DNA from: Rhynchopus sp. YZ270_cl-10
Lineage: Eukaryota
NCBI GenBank assembly: GCA_964035575.1
Contig: OZ037833.1
Span: 2,046,001-2,110,000, forward strand
Reading direction: 5' to 3'
DNA length: 64,000 nucleotides
The position numbers and the translations under genes were made by a program. The stretch's first letter is position 1. Every line of letters begins with the position of its first letter. Below the pieces are notes generated by a model. The model was not told the DNA's origin. It saw only the letters and a program-made list of their open reading frames with translations, and made no database searches. Positions 33,010 through 44,045 of the stretch are shown in pieces.

Positions 33010-34539
33010 TTAGAGAGAAGGTCCGGCGTCCACATGTGCCTCTACACTGCTGACGCACGACTGGAACAACGCTGAAGGTTCGCGTGGCAGGGAGGCGTAG
33101 CTGGCACAGGACTTCATCCCGGTAGTGGCGATGCGCTGCAGTGCTTGTGCGCTGTTGTTTCTCCGCATGGCGGGGCTAGTCGCTCTGGGTGTGCCCGCCC
33201 ATATGCCTTCTTGCTGCACACGTTTTCTGCCAAATTTGCTTTTGCCAAGGGAAGCAAACAGACTGCCCTCCCACGCTGTGTGTGGGTCCACGCTCGCCAT
33301 CAGGTCTTCGGATGGAATGCAGGCAATGGTAGAGGCACCAAGCGACGCAGGGGAGGTGGGGCGTGGCTCGTCGCGCAGGAAGGCCATGTCTGAGACGCTG
33401 ACGGCAGGGCGCACAGTCTCGGGTGTTTCCTTGCCTTTGTGCACGATGACGATGGAGCCGTCGTCGACAGTGGTGGGCTCGTGCCGGCGTTCACACACAA
33501 CGTCGAGGTCGACAGCAAAGGCGCCACCCAAGGAGCTTGAGATGCTGTCCATCTGTGCTGCGGGGAAGGTCAGCACAGCGCCGTTCTGCAGGCCGTCGGG
33601 GAAGAGGTGCGACGAGTGCATCTGCAGGTTGAAGAGCACCTCACGTCGCCGGAACTCGTTCACACTCCACATTGTGATGTTGAAGTCGTCGTCCACATGT
33701 GTGTCCACCACAAGCTCCACTGTCTCTGTGCTCCCTGTCACACGCCGGCGTGAGTGGCGGTGGATGCCTTCCTCACCAGGTGTGAACACAACAGACTTCG
33801 ACATCCGTGCACGGTTTGAGAACGCGTTCCCTTGCGAGTACACTGCACGCACGTGCTCAATCTCCACCACAACCTTTGCGCGTGCCATCACAGACGCAGG
33901 GATCCCACGCAAGGTAATGAGACGCACAAGAGCAGGCATGTGTGGAGGTGGGGTGAACATCTGCCGCGAGGACATCCCCATTGAGAAGTACGAGAGGTAG
34001 CGCAGCTGCGAGGGTGTGAAGTGCACAGGGTCCTTCCGCTTCCCACGGTACCACCCCACAGCAGTCTTCTCGTCCACAAACAGGTTTGTGTACAGCATGA
34101 AGCTGATCACACACAATGCCGCACGCCCCTCCCCAGGCCCATCCAGCAACACCAGCACACGTGAGTTCGGCCGTGCCAGGTGCTCCGTCACCACCGCCAC
34201 AAAGCTCCACAGCATCTGCAACGATGGGGTGGCCTCCTTGCACGCAAAGCACGCCACAGGCCCTTCGTGCAGCACCGCAAGTGTCCCAGACTCCCCCGTC
34301 AGATCCACAAGCAGGCAGTTGTACCCACGGAACTCCTGCTGGATGCGCGCCTTCACCCACTCCGACCCACGCCCCAGCGACGACGCCACCACATTCTGTG
34401 CAGGCGGGCGCACCAAGACCACTTCCCGCGTCACAGGGCTCAGCAGGCCCTCCTCCTTCCCACCCACAACACCCCCCACAGCCTCGCCTACGTTACCAAG
34501 AGCAGATTGCGCTACTTTCAAGAAATCCCCGAAAGGCAT
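33010..34539 (-). CDS. PTEN/tensin-like protein, paralogue 2 (different C-terminus)
   Basis: 33304-34554 appears identical to 26822-28072. Confidence 0.75.
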   Translation of the reverse strand: MPFGDFLKVAQSALGNVGEAVGGVVGGKEEGLLSPVTREVVLVRPPAQNVVASSLGRGSEWVKARIQQEFRGYNCLLVDLTGESGTLAVLHEGPVACFACKEATPSLQMLWSFVAVVTEHLARPNSRVLVLLDGPGEGRAALCVISFMLYTNLFVDEKTAVGWYRGKRKDPVHFTPSQLRYLSYFSMGMSSRQMFTPPPHMPALVRLITLRGIPASVMARAKVVVEIEHVRAVYSQGNAFSNRARMSKSVVFTPGEEGIHRHSRRRVTGSTETVELVVDTHVDDDFNITMWSVNEFRRREVLFNLQMHSSHLFPDGLQNGAVLTFPAAQMDSISSSLGGAFAVDLDVVCERRHEPTTVDDGSIVIVHKGKETPETVRPAVSVSDMAFLRDEPRPTSPASLGASTIACIPSEDLMASVDPHTAWEGSLFASLGKSKFGRKRVQQEGIWAGTPRATSPAMRRNNSAQALQRIATTGMKSCASYASLPREPSALFQSCVSSVEAHVDAGPSL

Positions 34540-35910
34540 TTGTGTGTATTCTGTTTTGTGGGGAAATCATACGACAAATTGAGACAGATTGAGAAGCAAA
34601 AATAACACTCTTTTTTTTTTTTCCTCCCGCCAGTACTCTAACATACGATGCAACGTGACGACAAGCGATAAACAGGTGGTACCTGTTGCAACAGTACTCA
34701 ACGAACTGTTGTTCATTTTACTTTTTCGAAGAAAAAAAAGAGGGGGTTTTTTGGTTCTGAAAAATGAAAAGAGGCGTGTTGTGTGATAAATAACACACAA
34801 CCCACCGAACAAGCTAGAAGTGCACACACAAACTGGAGAGCCAGACCGTAGGTTTTCTGAGTTCTCATTGGTGAGAAAATATGAGATCTGTGCTCAGGCT
34901 GGGTAAACTAAAGGGGGGAAGAACGCGATGCACATTTTTTTACTGAGTAAAAACGCTTCGCTTCAGCTTTGATAGATCGAACGTGAAAGGTATCAAAAAA
35001 GAAAACGTTTTTTTGTGTGTGTGTGTGGGTGGGGTTCCAATAAAAGACACCCTCAACAGAGTTTGAAAAAGGTTAACAAAAAAAAAATAGTGAAAAATAA
35101 ACCCCTTGAAGACAAGCGTGGACCTCACGGAACTCACTATATCTTTATAAAAAAAGAAAAAAATTCACAGGGTTTTCGTTTCGTCCTTACCCTATATTTT
35201 TTCCCCCCTTTTTCGGTAGTCAAAAGCAAAGCAAAAAACGAGAAAAAAATGAAAGAAAAAAATGAATGCAAAAAACTGCACAACGTTTTTCTCTTTTGAA
35301 TTTTTTGTATTCTTTTTTGGGCAGCCAAAGCTTAGATGGGGGTAAGACGCGAAAATGAAATATCAAGAAATGAACGGAACTTCCGCCCCCCTACCTTAAA
35401 GTGTCCAAGATAGTAGCGATGACGAGGATTGTTCGTGTGGGAGAAAAGAGATTTTGTGCAAATAAAAAGCAAAGAAAAAAGCAAAAACAAAAGGTAAACA
35501 TTGAGCACAAAACACACAAACTCCACACGGAACAATATGACTCGCATCGCGTATCAAAGAACTTTATTTTTTTCGAATGAAAAAAAGGGTGGAGGGGGGA
35601 GGATCTGGACCGAAGCATCGACCTTTCCTCACAATTGGTACCCCACAAAAGCAAACTGGCTGTTAAAAAAGAAAAAAAAAGAAACTGTGAAAGCAACATA
35701 GATAGTGGAGAACGTCTGAACTAAAGCAATGATGATATTGGACGGGCGTGGGGTCTTAGTATTTTGTTTTGAAATAAAAATACCTACACTCCCGATATGT
35801 TCTCCAAAAAGTAAGATGAACCTAATCCTCTTAAATAAAAACGCGCACATCACCACACTCTTTTTTTAAGCGTTTTTTTCTTCCCCCCTTTTGTCCCAAA
35901 ACACAACATT

Positions 35911-37378
35911 CTATTGTGTCTTCTTCGAATCCGATGAGTGGTAGATCGACCTGTTCACGACCTTCTCTCCGTCCTTTGGTGCGAACTGTATTGTTTTGTG
36001 TGGTTTTTTTTACTTTTCGTTCAAAAAAATGGCCAAAAATGCATACCTCACTCACACAGTTCTTCAGGAACTGGTGGTGTCTGACGACGGCCTCGAGGAG
36101 GGACTTGGAGAAGACAGGCTTGTCGCCCTCCTTCTCCATGTGCTCGTAGATGATCTTGGTCAGAGCGGGGTAGTGCCTGTAGTGCACACCGGGGAAGAGG
36201 TGGTGGCAGATCTGCAGGTTCAGTCCACCGGTGTACTGGTTCATGAACCATGCGCCCCAGCCGAGCGGGTGGAAGTCCGCAGACGAGATGGCCTGGTACT
36301 TACCCCAGTCAACGGATTTGCCAACAACGTCGTGGAAGAAGTCACATCCGTCAATCTCGTGGTTCACAATGAACTCAAACCCGAACAGCGTCGAGGTGAT
36401 GACCGTCTCAATCTCAATGAGGAACATACCCCACAGGAAGCCGCATGCGTAGAGCGGGAGGACGTACGTGATCATCAGGTGGAAGAACTGTGTGACAACG
36501 TTCTTGACGCGGGCCGATCTGGACATGGGGAGGGCGCCGGTCTCTCTGAAGTTGTTTGCGAGGACGTCGGAGAGGGTCCAGATGGGGAGGATGTGGACGT
36601 AGAGGAACCACATGTAGATGTGCTGGTGCTTGTGGATGTCGAACCACATGGCGCCTTTACCAGCGCACTTCAGGGGCTCCATTCTGTCCTCATCAAGGCC
36701 GTCCTCGTTGGTGTTGACGTGGTGGCGGACAACGTGCTTTCTGGACCAGAACTCTGGGGTGGTGCCTGCGAAGACCATGGCGATGTAGTACATGGCGTTG
36801 TTGAACTCCGGGTACGGCGACAGGGAGGCATGCGAGGCAACGTGCGCGATTCTCATGATGTTGGCAGCACGCAGCACACCGACCGCGATCGCAGCCTTCC
36901 ACGACCCGGCAATGAGCAGCACCGAGGCAAGCGAGAGCAGCACCAGGTGCAGCACGTCGCACATCATGTAGATGTCATCTCCACGCAGGTTCGTCTTCTT
37001 CATCGCCTTCTTCTTTCCTCCGCCACGGATAGCAGCCATACCGGCCTTCTTCAACTTGCGGTAGAAGCCGCTCTCCTCAAAGGTGTACTGCACTTTGCTG
37101 TCGTAGTACATGTTCACGGGGTGTGTCACCTCGTAGTTGGTGGACTTGATCTCGTACTTCTTGATCGTCTCGTACACGAAGTCTGCGTCAGGGTGGTACG
37201 ACTCCACGAACAACTCACCATGCGGATGCGCAGCCGCACAGTCCAGCGCATACTCACCACCAGGGTGCTGCGACATGAACGGCTTCAGGTCATACGCCTT
37301 CCCGTTGATGGTCCACACCTTCTCATAGAGCTTGGGGGTGTTTGCACCCGTGTCCGGGGATTTGCAGCCTTTTCCCAT
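35911..37378 (-). CDS. Cytochrome b5-fused front-end fatty acid desaturase; exons 36047-37378 and 35911-35985
   Basis: HPGG, HVASH, HVVRHH, QICHHLFP; GTATGC..CAG intron at 35986-36046. Confidence 0.9.
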
Positions 37379-37483
37379 TGTGGTTGATGTGATTCTTTTA
37401 TACCTGATTTTGATGATGATAAAATTGAAAAGGTAATAAAAAGGGTGTTTCTTTTTTTTATATAAAATCACCATTAGGTGAAG

Positions 37484-37933
37484 CTAGCGGGAACGACCCC
37501 CTTCTGTGCGCATTTCGCACTCCTGTTGTACTAGGAGACGGGTGTTCTCATTTTCCTCTGCCCTTTCTTTTGCCCAGAGGATATAAAAGGTGTACGTCAT
37601 GAAGGACATTGCGCAGGAGATGCAGGAAAGGTAGGCGAAACGGGCGATGCCAAACTCTTTGTCATTGATGAGGTAACGTGCCTTTTCGATGTAGCGCAGG
37701 TCTCGCTTGGCTTTTTCCACATTTGCATAATGGGGCCGGGTGTACGAAAAGGCAGGGCTCATGGGCTCCTGCAACGGATGGTTCGACACCCGTTCTATAA
37801 GCTCCCTGTCCTCCTGCGCCTGCAGCCTCTCCTTCAACTTCTCCGCTCGCCGTTCCATACGGTCTTCATAACTCCGCCCCCACCTCCTCTGCACACCACC
37901 CCACCCCACACCCCTACGTGTAAACCGCAGCAT
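37484..37933 (-). CDS. Small single-TM protein with a mitochondrial-presequence-like N-terminus
   Basis: MLRFTRR... start; one hydrophobic segment. Confidence 0.55.
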   Translation of the reverse strand: MLRFTRRGVGWGGVQRRWGRSYEDRMERRAEKLKERLQAQEDRELIERVSNHPLQEPMSPAFSYTRPHYANVEKAKRDLRYIEKARYLINDKEFGIARFAYLSCISCAMSFMTYTFYILWAKERAEENENTRLLVQQECEMRTEGGRSR

Positions 37934-38150
37934 CCCTTTGTTGTTTGAAATGGGGGAGGATGGTGGGATGCAAAAAAACAAAAAATGGCCGTTTTTTAGT
38001 CTACGAATCTATCTCCAAAGGGGTTCTAAGCTTCTCTGTGTCAAGAAAGCTAGGTCCGAAAAAAAAGAAAAAGATGAAAGGCATTTTTGAGCTGTCTCTT
38101 CTCGTTCTCGTTGGTTTAAAAAAAAAAGGTAGAAGAGAAGGTCTCTAGCA

Positions 38151-41045
38151 CTACCAAGCAACAGCACGCCCTGATACGGTGAACCCTTCTTTACCGGGGC
38201 CACTGACAAAGGTGTTGTCACGCTCTGGTTGGCGTCTTCGGGAAATGGATGGGATTCGTCGCTTGGGTTTGTCGCTTGCGGTACCGGTTACGATCCCTTC
38301 CTTGCGTTCACGGTGTGGTTGTGGTTGTGGGCGGTCAGACCAGGCTTGTTGCTGTCCTCCTGGATGACGGGGCTTGCGTGTTGGGCGTGGTGGTGCGGGT
38401 AGTGCGATGGGTGATGCTTGTGGTGTGCCCCAGGATAGTGCGTCACCACCCATTCCCGCCCCAGGGAGTTTGACGTGGTGCCGATCCAGCACCCTCCGAC
38501 ACCGCTCGTAGAACTGTGCTGGCTGTGCCGAGGTTTCTGCAGTGTTGGCGGCCCAGCGTTGCAGTTCGCTTAACACCATTTCCGCGCTTTTTGCGCTTCT
38601 CTGCCGTTGCTGTGCCGCATCGGTAAGAACCTTCTTGTACTTCTGCAACTGCTTCTTCTTGAGGGCGTGCTGCTTCGACACCCAAGCCAATTGGTGTGAT
38701 TGATCATACAATGCGCCGACCTGAATGTCAATCTCTCTTTGTGCTTGCAAGCAGTTCTGCCGCAGGGCCGCAAATTCGTGCATAGCCTTCTGCTCCTTTT
38801 CACTTAAGCTGGGGTTCTTCGCAACGATAAGCTCAAATGCAGTGGGCTCATCAAACGCAATCCTCCCCACCTCACTCCGATAGGTATCAATTGTACCCAA
38901 TTTGAGAAGCGCTTTGTTCAGTTTTTGGTTGGATTTATGTATTTTGACGATCTCAGAATCTAGCATATCGCCTTTATCTTGAAGATTCAATCGAATTGAT
39001 GCAATCGACGCAATGTACTTTGCTTGAATCTCTTCGGGTTCAAGCGAGACCAGCTCTTCTTGACGAACCACCGACGCTTCTCCATCAGGCAGAGCAAGGA
39101 GGTCATCATTGTACATGCTTGCTGCAGCGTATATTGTGTTCATAACCTCTTCATAGCGGGCGCGGAGCAACGTTATAGAGCTTTTTTTTGCGTTCAATTC
39201 GATACTAAGCGCACTACGTTCATCCCCTTGGAGTCGTAACGCATGCCTTAAGGTTCCTTGATGTACCCGAATATCCTCTTCTCTTTCCTTCATTTCTGCA
39301 CGGAGCGCGATTTTTCTTTGTTCTTCATGTTCCACACCTTCAACCTTATCCACAACTTTAGGGCGTTCCGCTTCAATACGCTTTTGCATAGTAGACACAT
39401 CCCGAACCTTCAGTGCCTTCTGTTCATCTAAAGACTCTGTAGCGCGACGTAGTCCTTGCAGCTCAATTTCGGTTAAATTCAGTTCTTTTAGGACAGAGGA
39501 TTTCTGCGCTTCTTGAGATTCCATATCGTGGTGGCATTGTAACAGAAGCGAATGAGCTGTGGTGTTTGCGGCCTTGAGAGGGGCGTTAATGTGTTCCATC
39601 CCATCTAGCTCTTCTCGGAGCGATCTGGCACGGTTTAGCAAATTTTCGTGAAGTGCATTTAGGTCCGCCTTAGCGTTGTCTACTGCAATGAGTTTAAAGG
39701 ATTTAACCTCATCCAAGGTGTTGTTCGCTGCAATAGAATCTGCGTGGCGTTGTTCAAGGAGAAGAATGTCGGTCCGTTGTTTGCGCTCAATATTAAAATA
39801 GAGTGACACATTCTTGCTGAGCATTGCATGAGATGCGTTGTGTTCTGTGTTTTCTTGGATTTCCGCTTCAAGTTGTCGCTTCGCTTTTTGGGTGGTCTGG
39901 ATTATAGTATTAAGCTTTGCAATATGTTCTTCTTTATATTCAGCTATTCTGCGAAGGAATGCGTCCTGGTTGGTTTCCTCGCTGTGCAGAACATCCAGGT
40001 CGTGTTGCAGTCTGTACAGCTCATCTTCTGCTTCTTCGTATTGAAGAAGCGCAGTACGCAACGCAGATTTCGCAACGTGAAGCTCCGCGTCCTTCCTTGC
40101 AGAGGTCTGTTTCTCCGCAATCAGCTGTCCCTCTAAGAGCTTTACCTCTGAGAAGAGACGTTCGTCCTCTGCCTTTACCTTATCACATAGGAGAGCAGAG
40201 GAACCTCGTTTTCGGTCGTATTGTGCCCAGCGTCGTTCATTTTGTATGACATTGTCACGCACTTCAGAACAGACTGCTTCTAGGCTATGTGCATCAAGTT
40301 TTCGATCGGCGATGACGGTTTTGTTAGATTGGATTTGCATTGAAGTTTCGCCATGGCGGAGGTCGAGGGAGCGTGACTGTGCAAAGACCTTTTCGAGCTG
40401 TTCTGTCGCTTCAGAGCGTTCAAAGGATAGGGTAGTGGCCTGTTTCAAGACAGAGAGGGTTTCAATGCGGAGTGCCTCCGTGTCTTGCATCTCGTTTTCT
40501 ACCTGGGTGCGTTTTGCTTTGGTTTCGTTGATAAGCGCGTCACGGTGTTGCATTAATCGTAGATATTCAGTTCTCTCCATCTCCGTCATCTTTTCCAGTA
40601 CTTCGTGAGAATCTTCTGCTTCCCGTTGTGATTCTATAATTTCTTCTAGACGGCGTTCGGAGAGCTTAAAATCAGAGAGAAATTTTTGAATTTTCGCCTT
40701 TCTCTCCTCAGTACCGTGTTGCACCTCGATTACCTCGTTTTTGAGGGTGCGCAGGGTGGTTTGGCTTCGTTTCAAATCGGTGTTGGTGTTGCTCAGTTCA
40801 CGTTGCAATGTTTTGACCTGGGATTCTTCGCTCTGTAAACGTTGTTGTATGACCTCGCCCATCCCATTCCATTCCACAATCGTCTTTGCAAAAGCTCGTA
40901 ATTTCTCCTCATTATCCTCAAGCAACAACGTCCCCTCTGCAGTCGCCATCTTCAACGACTGCAGTTTTTTCTGCTTTTTCACAACCTCATCTCGAAGCTT
41001 TCGGTTCACCCCATTTAACATCTCATCTGGTAATTCTAGGGACAT
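38151..41045 (-). CDS. CCDC39: CCDC39/FAP59-like axonemal coiled-coil protein
   Basis: 964-aa coiled coil; QAKYIASIA...LQDKGDMLDSEI resembles the CCDC39 conserved block. Confidence 0.6.
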   Translation of the reverse strand: MSLELPDEMLNGVNRKLRDEVVKKQKKLQSLKMATAEGTLLLEDNEEKLRAFAKTIVEWNGMGEVIQQRLQSEESQVKTLQRELSNTNTDLKRSQTTLRTLKNEVIEVQHGTEERKAKIQKFLSDFKLSERRLEEIIESQREAEDSHEVLEKMTEMERTEYLRLMQHRDALINETKAKRTQVENEMQDTEALRIETLSVLKQATTLSFERSEATEQLEKVFAQSRSLDLRHGETSMQIQSNKTVIADRKLDAHSLEAVCSEVRDNVIQNERRWAQYDRKRGSSALLCDKVKAEDERLFSEVKLLEGQLIAEKQTSARKDAELHVAKSALRTALLQYEEAEDELYRLQHDLDVLHSEETNQDAFLRRIAEYKEEHIAKLNTIIQTTQKAKRQLEAEIQENTEHNASHAMLSKNVSLYFNIERKQRTDILLLEQRHADSIAANNTLDEVKSFKLIAVDNAKADLNALHENLLNRARSLREELDGMEHINAPLKAANTTAHSLLLQCHHDMESQEAQKSSVLKELNLTEIELQGLRRATESLDEQKALKVRDVSTMQKRIEAERPKVVDKVEGVEHEEQRKIALRAEMKEREEDIRVHQGTLRHALRLQGDERSALSIELNAKKSSITLLRARYEEVMNTIYAAASMYNDDLLALPDGEASVVRQEELVSLEPEEIQAKYIASIASIRLNLQDKGDMLDSEIVKIHKSNQKLNKALLKLGTIDTYRSEVGRIAFDEPTAFELIVAKNPSLSEKEQKAMHEFAALRQNCLQAQREIDIQVGALYDQSHQLAWVSKQHALKKKQLQKYKKVLTDAAQQRQRSAKSAEMVLSELQRWAANTAETSAQPAQFYERCRRVLDRHHVKLPGAGMGGDALSWGTPQASPIALPAPPRPTRKPRHPGGQQQAWSDRPQPQPHRERKEGIVTGTASDKPKRRIPSISRRRQPERDNTFVSGPGKEGFTVSGRAVAW

Positions 41046-41894
41046 TATTTTTGTGTATTTTTTTTTGTGTAAATCGCTGACAGAGTGTTGAAAAGGGGGA
41101 GAAGGAGAGGAGGGGGAGTTTGAAAATGTTTTTTGTAGATCTTTAATTTTGCATTGAGGGGGGAGGAGGGGGAGAGAGCAGAGGAAAGGGTTGGGGGAAA
41201 AAATGGAGAGCTTTTTTTTTTTTTTGAATGTTTTCAGGGTTTCGTTTATCGATTTTATTGGAGAGATGTGAAGGGGTGGTGATGGTGGTGATGGGGGAGG
41301 GGGGGGAAGGGCAGCATATTGCAGTTCTGCTTCGCCGAATACGCGTCCAAAACGTAGGGGTGCGATTTTAGAAGAGTGTGGCTACAAAAAAAAAAAAAAA
41401 ACACAAAGAAAAGTTTATAAGATGAACCTAAGCCTTTCGGACAATCTCGTGCTTAGTCATCTTGAAGGAGGGGGTTAAAATTGATCAAAAAAAACAAAAA
41501 AAAAACGAGAGAAAAGTTTATCAGATGAACCAGAGCCCCTCGTGCTTAGTCATCTTCAAAGGGTGGAGATGAGTTGAGATATACCCGAAAACCCAGAGGG
41601 TATATCTGACCATATCTGTATTTTCGGTGGGTATCCCAAACTTATTTGGGAACCCACTTATTTCCCTTAATTCGCGACTATTTCTCTGCTAAAAAAAGAA
41701 ACCTAAATTGCTGATGTTTAGGTACCTTGAAGAGGGGTATCACAAAGATATCATGATTGCAAAAAAAGGGCAGATTATGTGTTAAGTCGACCGCCGGCCA
41801 AGGCAGTCGGATTGGGGTGTGTGTACAAGGTGAATTTCGTCGCCTCGTAGAAGAAAATAAAAACGCACAAAAAAAAAAAATTGAAAAATGAATC

Positions 41895-41941
41895 CACCTC
41901 CGACTGACCCACCTACGATGCCAGCCATCCGGATGAAAGCA
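41895..41941 (-). other. Dispersed hairpin family A copy
   Basis: cacctccgactgacccacctacgatgccagccatccggatgaaagca. Confidence 0.8.
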
Positions 41942-42433
41942 TAACCCTACCTCCGGCCTACAACAGTAGATGTAAGCAAAGTGCACACACAGCTGAAAAG
42001 GAAAAAAAAATAAAAGAACAAGAGGTTAACCTCATCTGAAACACCTCTTCGGAAGCAGACTTTCGTCGTCTCTGTAACTGTACATATTTTTATTTTTGGA
42101 TCTTATTGATGCGCCAAAACCGGCGCCAAACACCTGAAGGTGGAGCGGAGAGGTTATGCTTGGGCACAGACGATCCCTTTTCTTCTAATGGCAAAAAAAC
42201 AAAAAAATTGTTTTGAACAAAACCTACATAGAAACCAATTCACATAGCAATAGGAGTTTTAACGACAAAACGTAGGGGAGGTGGCAATTGTTGATAAAAA
42301 CTGCATAAAAACAATTTGAAGGATATTGCACCAAGTTTTTTTTTTTTCTTTTTGATAGCATTTAGCAATGCTGGCCTTCGAGATAAATAGGGGAGTTTTC
42401 TTTGGGAAGATCTCGAGCTATGACTCGAGATAT

Positions 42434-42581
42434 TAACTAGTCGTCAGACCAGTCTAAAAATGACTAGTCATATGACCAGTCTCAATTGGTCATTTTCTGT
42501 TTGAGAGAACAAACAGAGCTACATACTAGTCTGACTAGTCATACGACTTAGTTATTTTTAGACTGGTCAAATGACTGGTCA
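42434..42581. repeat. Imperfect long inverted repeat built of GACYRGTC palindromes
   Basis: gaccagtctaaaaatgactagtcatatgac (42447) versus gtcatacgacttagttatttttagactggtc (to 42568). Confidence 0.65.
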
Positions 42582-43903
42582 AGGGTCCGACCAGTCCACC
42601 GTGTCAAGAAGAAACTCTCCCCCTCTCCCCACCTGGCAACTCTACATCATATTTTCCACGAATTCTGCAAGAAAATCTAATAAAGTGCCTCTCTGTGCTT
42701 TGTCACCTTTTAAAAAAAGAAACTTGAAAAAAATGCATCCCAATTCTCGCCTCAAACTTGCCACCTGACGAGACAAAAACGATAAAAACAGATTTGATAC
42801 TGCCTATACTGGGCGCATAATACAAAATATAAAACTTGAAAGATGGAATCCACATCATCGACAACAACACATCTTTTAAACAAAACTGAACACATGAACG
42901 AAGCGGGAGGGGAAATGAATGGGGGGCTTTTGTTGGAGACTTTGTCAGGTTAGTGTCTGAAAGCGCAAAATTCTGGTTGCAAATAAGAACACCCGAAGAT
43001 GCACTCGCTCCACTCTACCCCCCTTTTTTTTTTGTTTTGTACAATCACCTTTGTACGGAGACAAGGGGTCTGTACATAACCTTTTTTCTTTCTTTCGTTT
43101 TGAAGAGACGATATGCATCCTAAGGGAAGAGAGGCTGCACTGCGTCTACAAACCCACACACAAAAAGAACACACAGAAGAACATACAAGGGGAGAGCAAG
43201 ATTGAAAAATAAATAACAAAAACAACAAAAAAAAAAAAACGAAAAATTGGTGAAATGATATCACGGTTTTCATTGTTTAGGTATCTTCAAAAAAAAAAGG
43301 GGGTGTCTGTGCTGGGAAAGCATATGACATTTACAAAAGGAAATGCCTTTTGAAAAAAGGGGGAGGAAAAAAAATCTTTGAAAAATGGCCTCATGTGGGT
43401 CACATATTTCAAAACAAAAGCAAAAAAAACAAGAAGTGGCAAGATGAACGTAAGCCTTTGCTCGCTTAGGTTTATCTAAAACAAAGAAAATTTGTCAGAT
43501 GAAATGTGCCTCTCTTACACACACATATTTTACCACTATCGTTATCGTGTGGGGAACACGGAAATATTGGGATAAAGTAGGGGGTTACACGAGAAATATA
43601 CTCATTGTCTCTGTTCAAATTCTACCATAACTACAAAACAGAACTGGAAGAAAAGAGGGGTTAGTATAAAAATCCCGTGGACACACACAAAGCGTATCGT
43701 TTTAAAAAAGACAATTTCTGGCAGTTTTACCCACCTTTTGTGACACAATTATTTTTTGTCGATTCGTTCGAGACCAATTATCTTAATTTTTTTGGAGAAT
43801 AAAAAAAGTTGAAAAAATGATTCTAAAGAAAACTTAGAAAAAGTGATGAACCCATCCTTTTCAAGTTTTAAAAAAATTCCCCTCCCCCCTCCCTCCCTCC
43901 CTC

Positions 43904-43982
43904 CACAGCAGAGAATAAGACTCGGGGACCTGGACCAGGACCTGGACCCAGGGACCGGGGACCCGGCTTATTCTCTGCTGTG
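43904..43982. mobile_element. 79-bp element with perfect 16-bp inverted ends and internal GGACC repeats
   Basis: cacagcagagaataag ... cttattctctgctgtg; no clear TSD. Confidence 0.5.
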
Positions 43983-44045
43983 CTTCCCTCCCCTCATTTT
44001 AACACACTTTTTTTTTTTGAGATTTTTTTCTGTCAAAACTAATTT

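Noticed and set aside
35996..37387. 463-aa plus-strand ORF
   Set aside because: Antisense shadow of the strongly codon-biased desaturase
41577..41660. Cluster of short inverted repeats (also 53343-53438)
   Set aside because: Single occurrences with no family or boundary evidence
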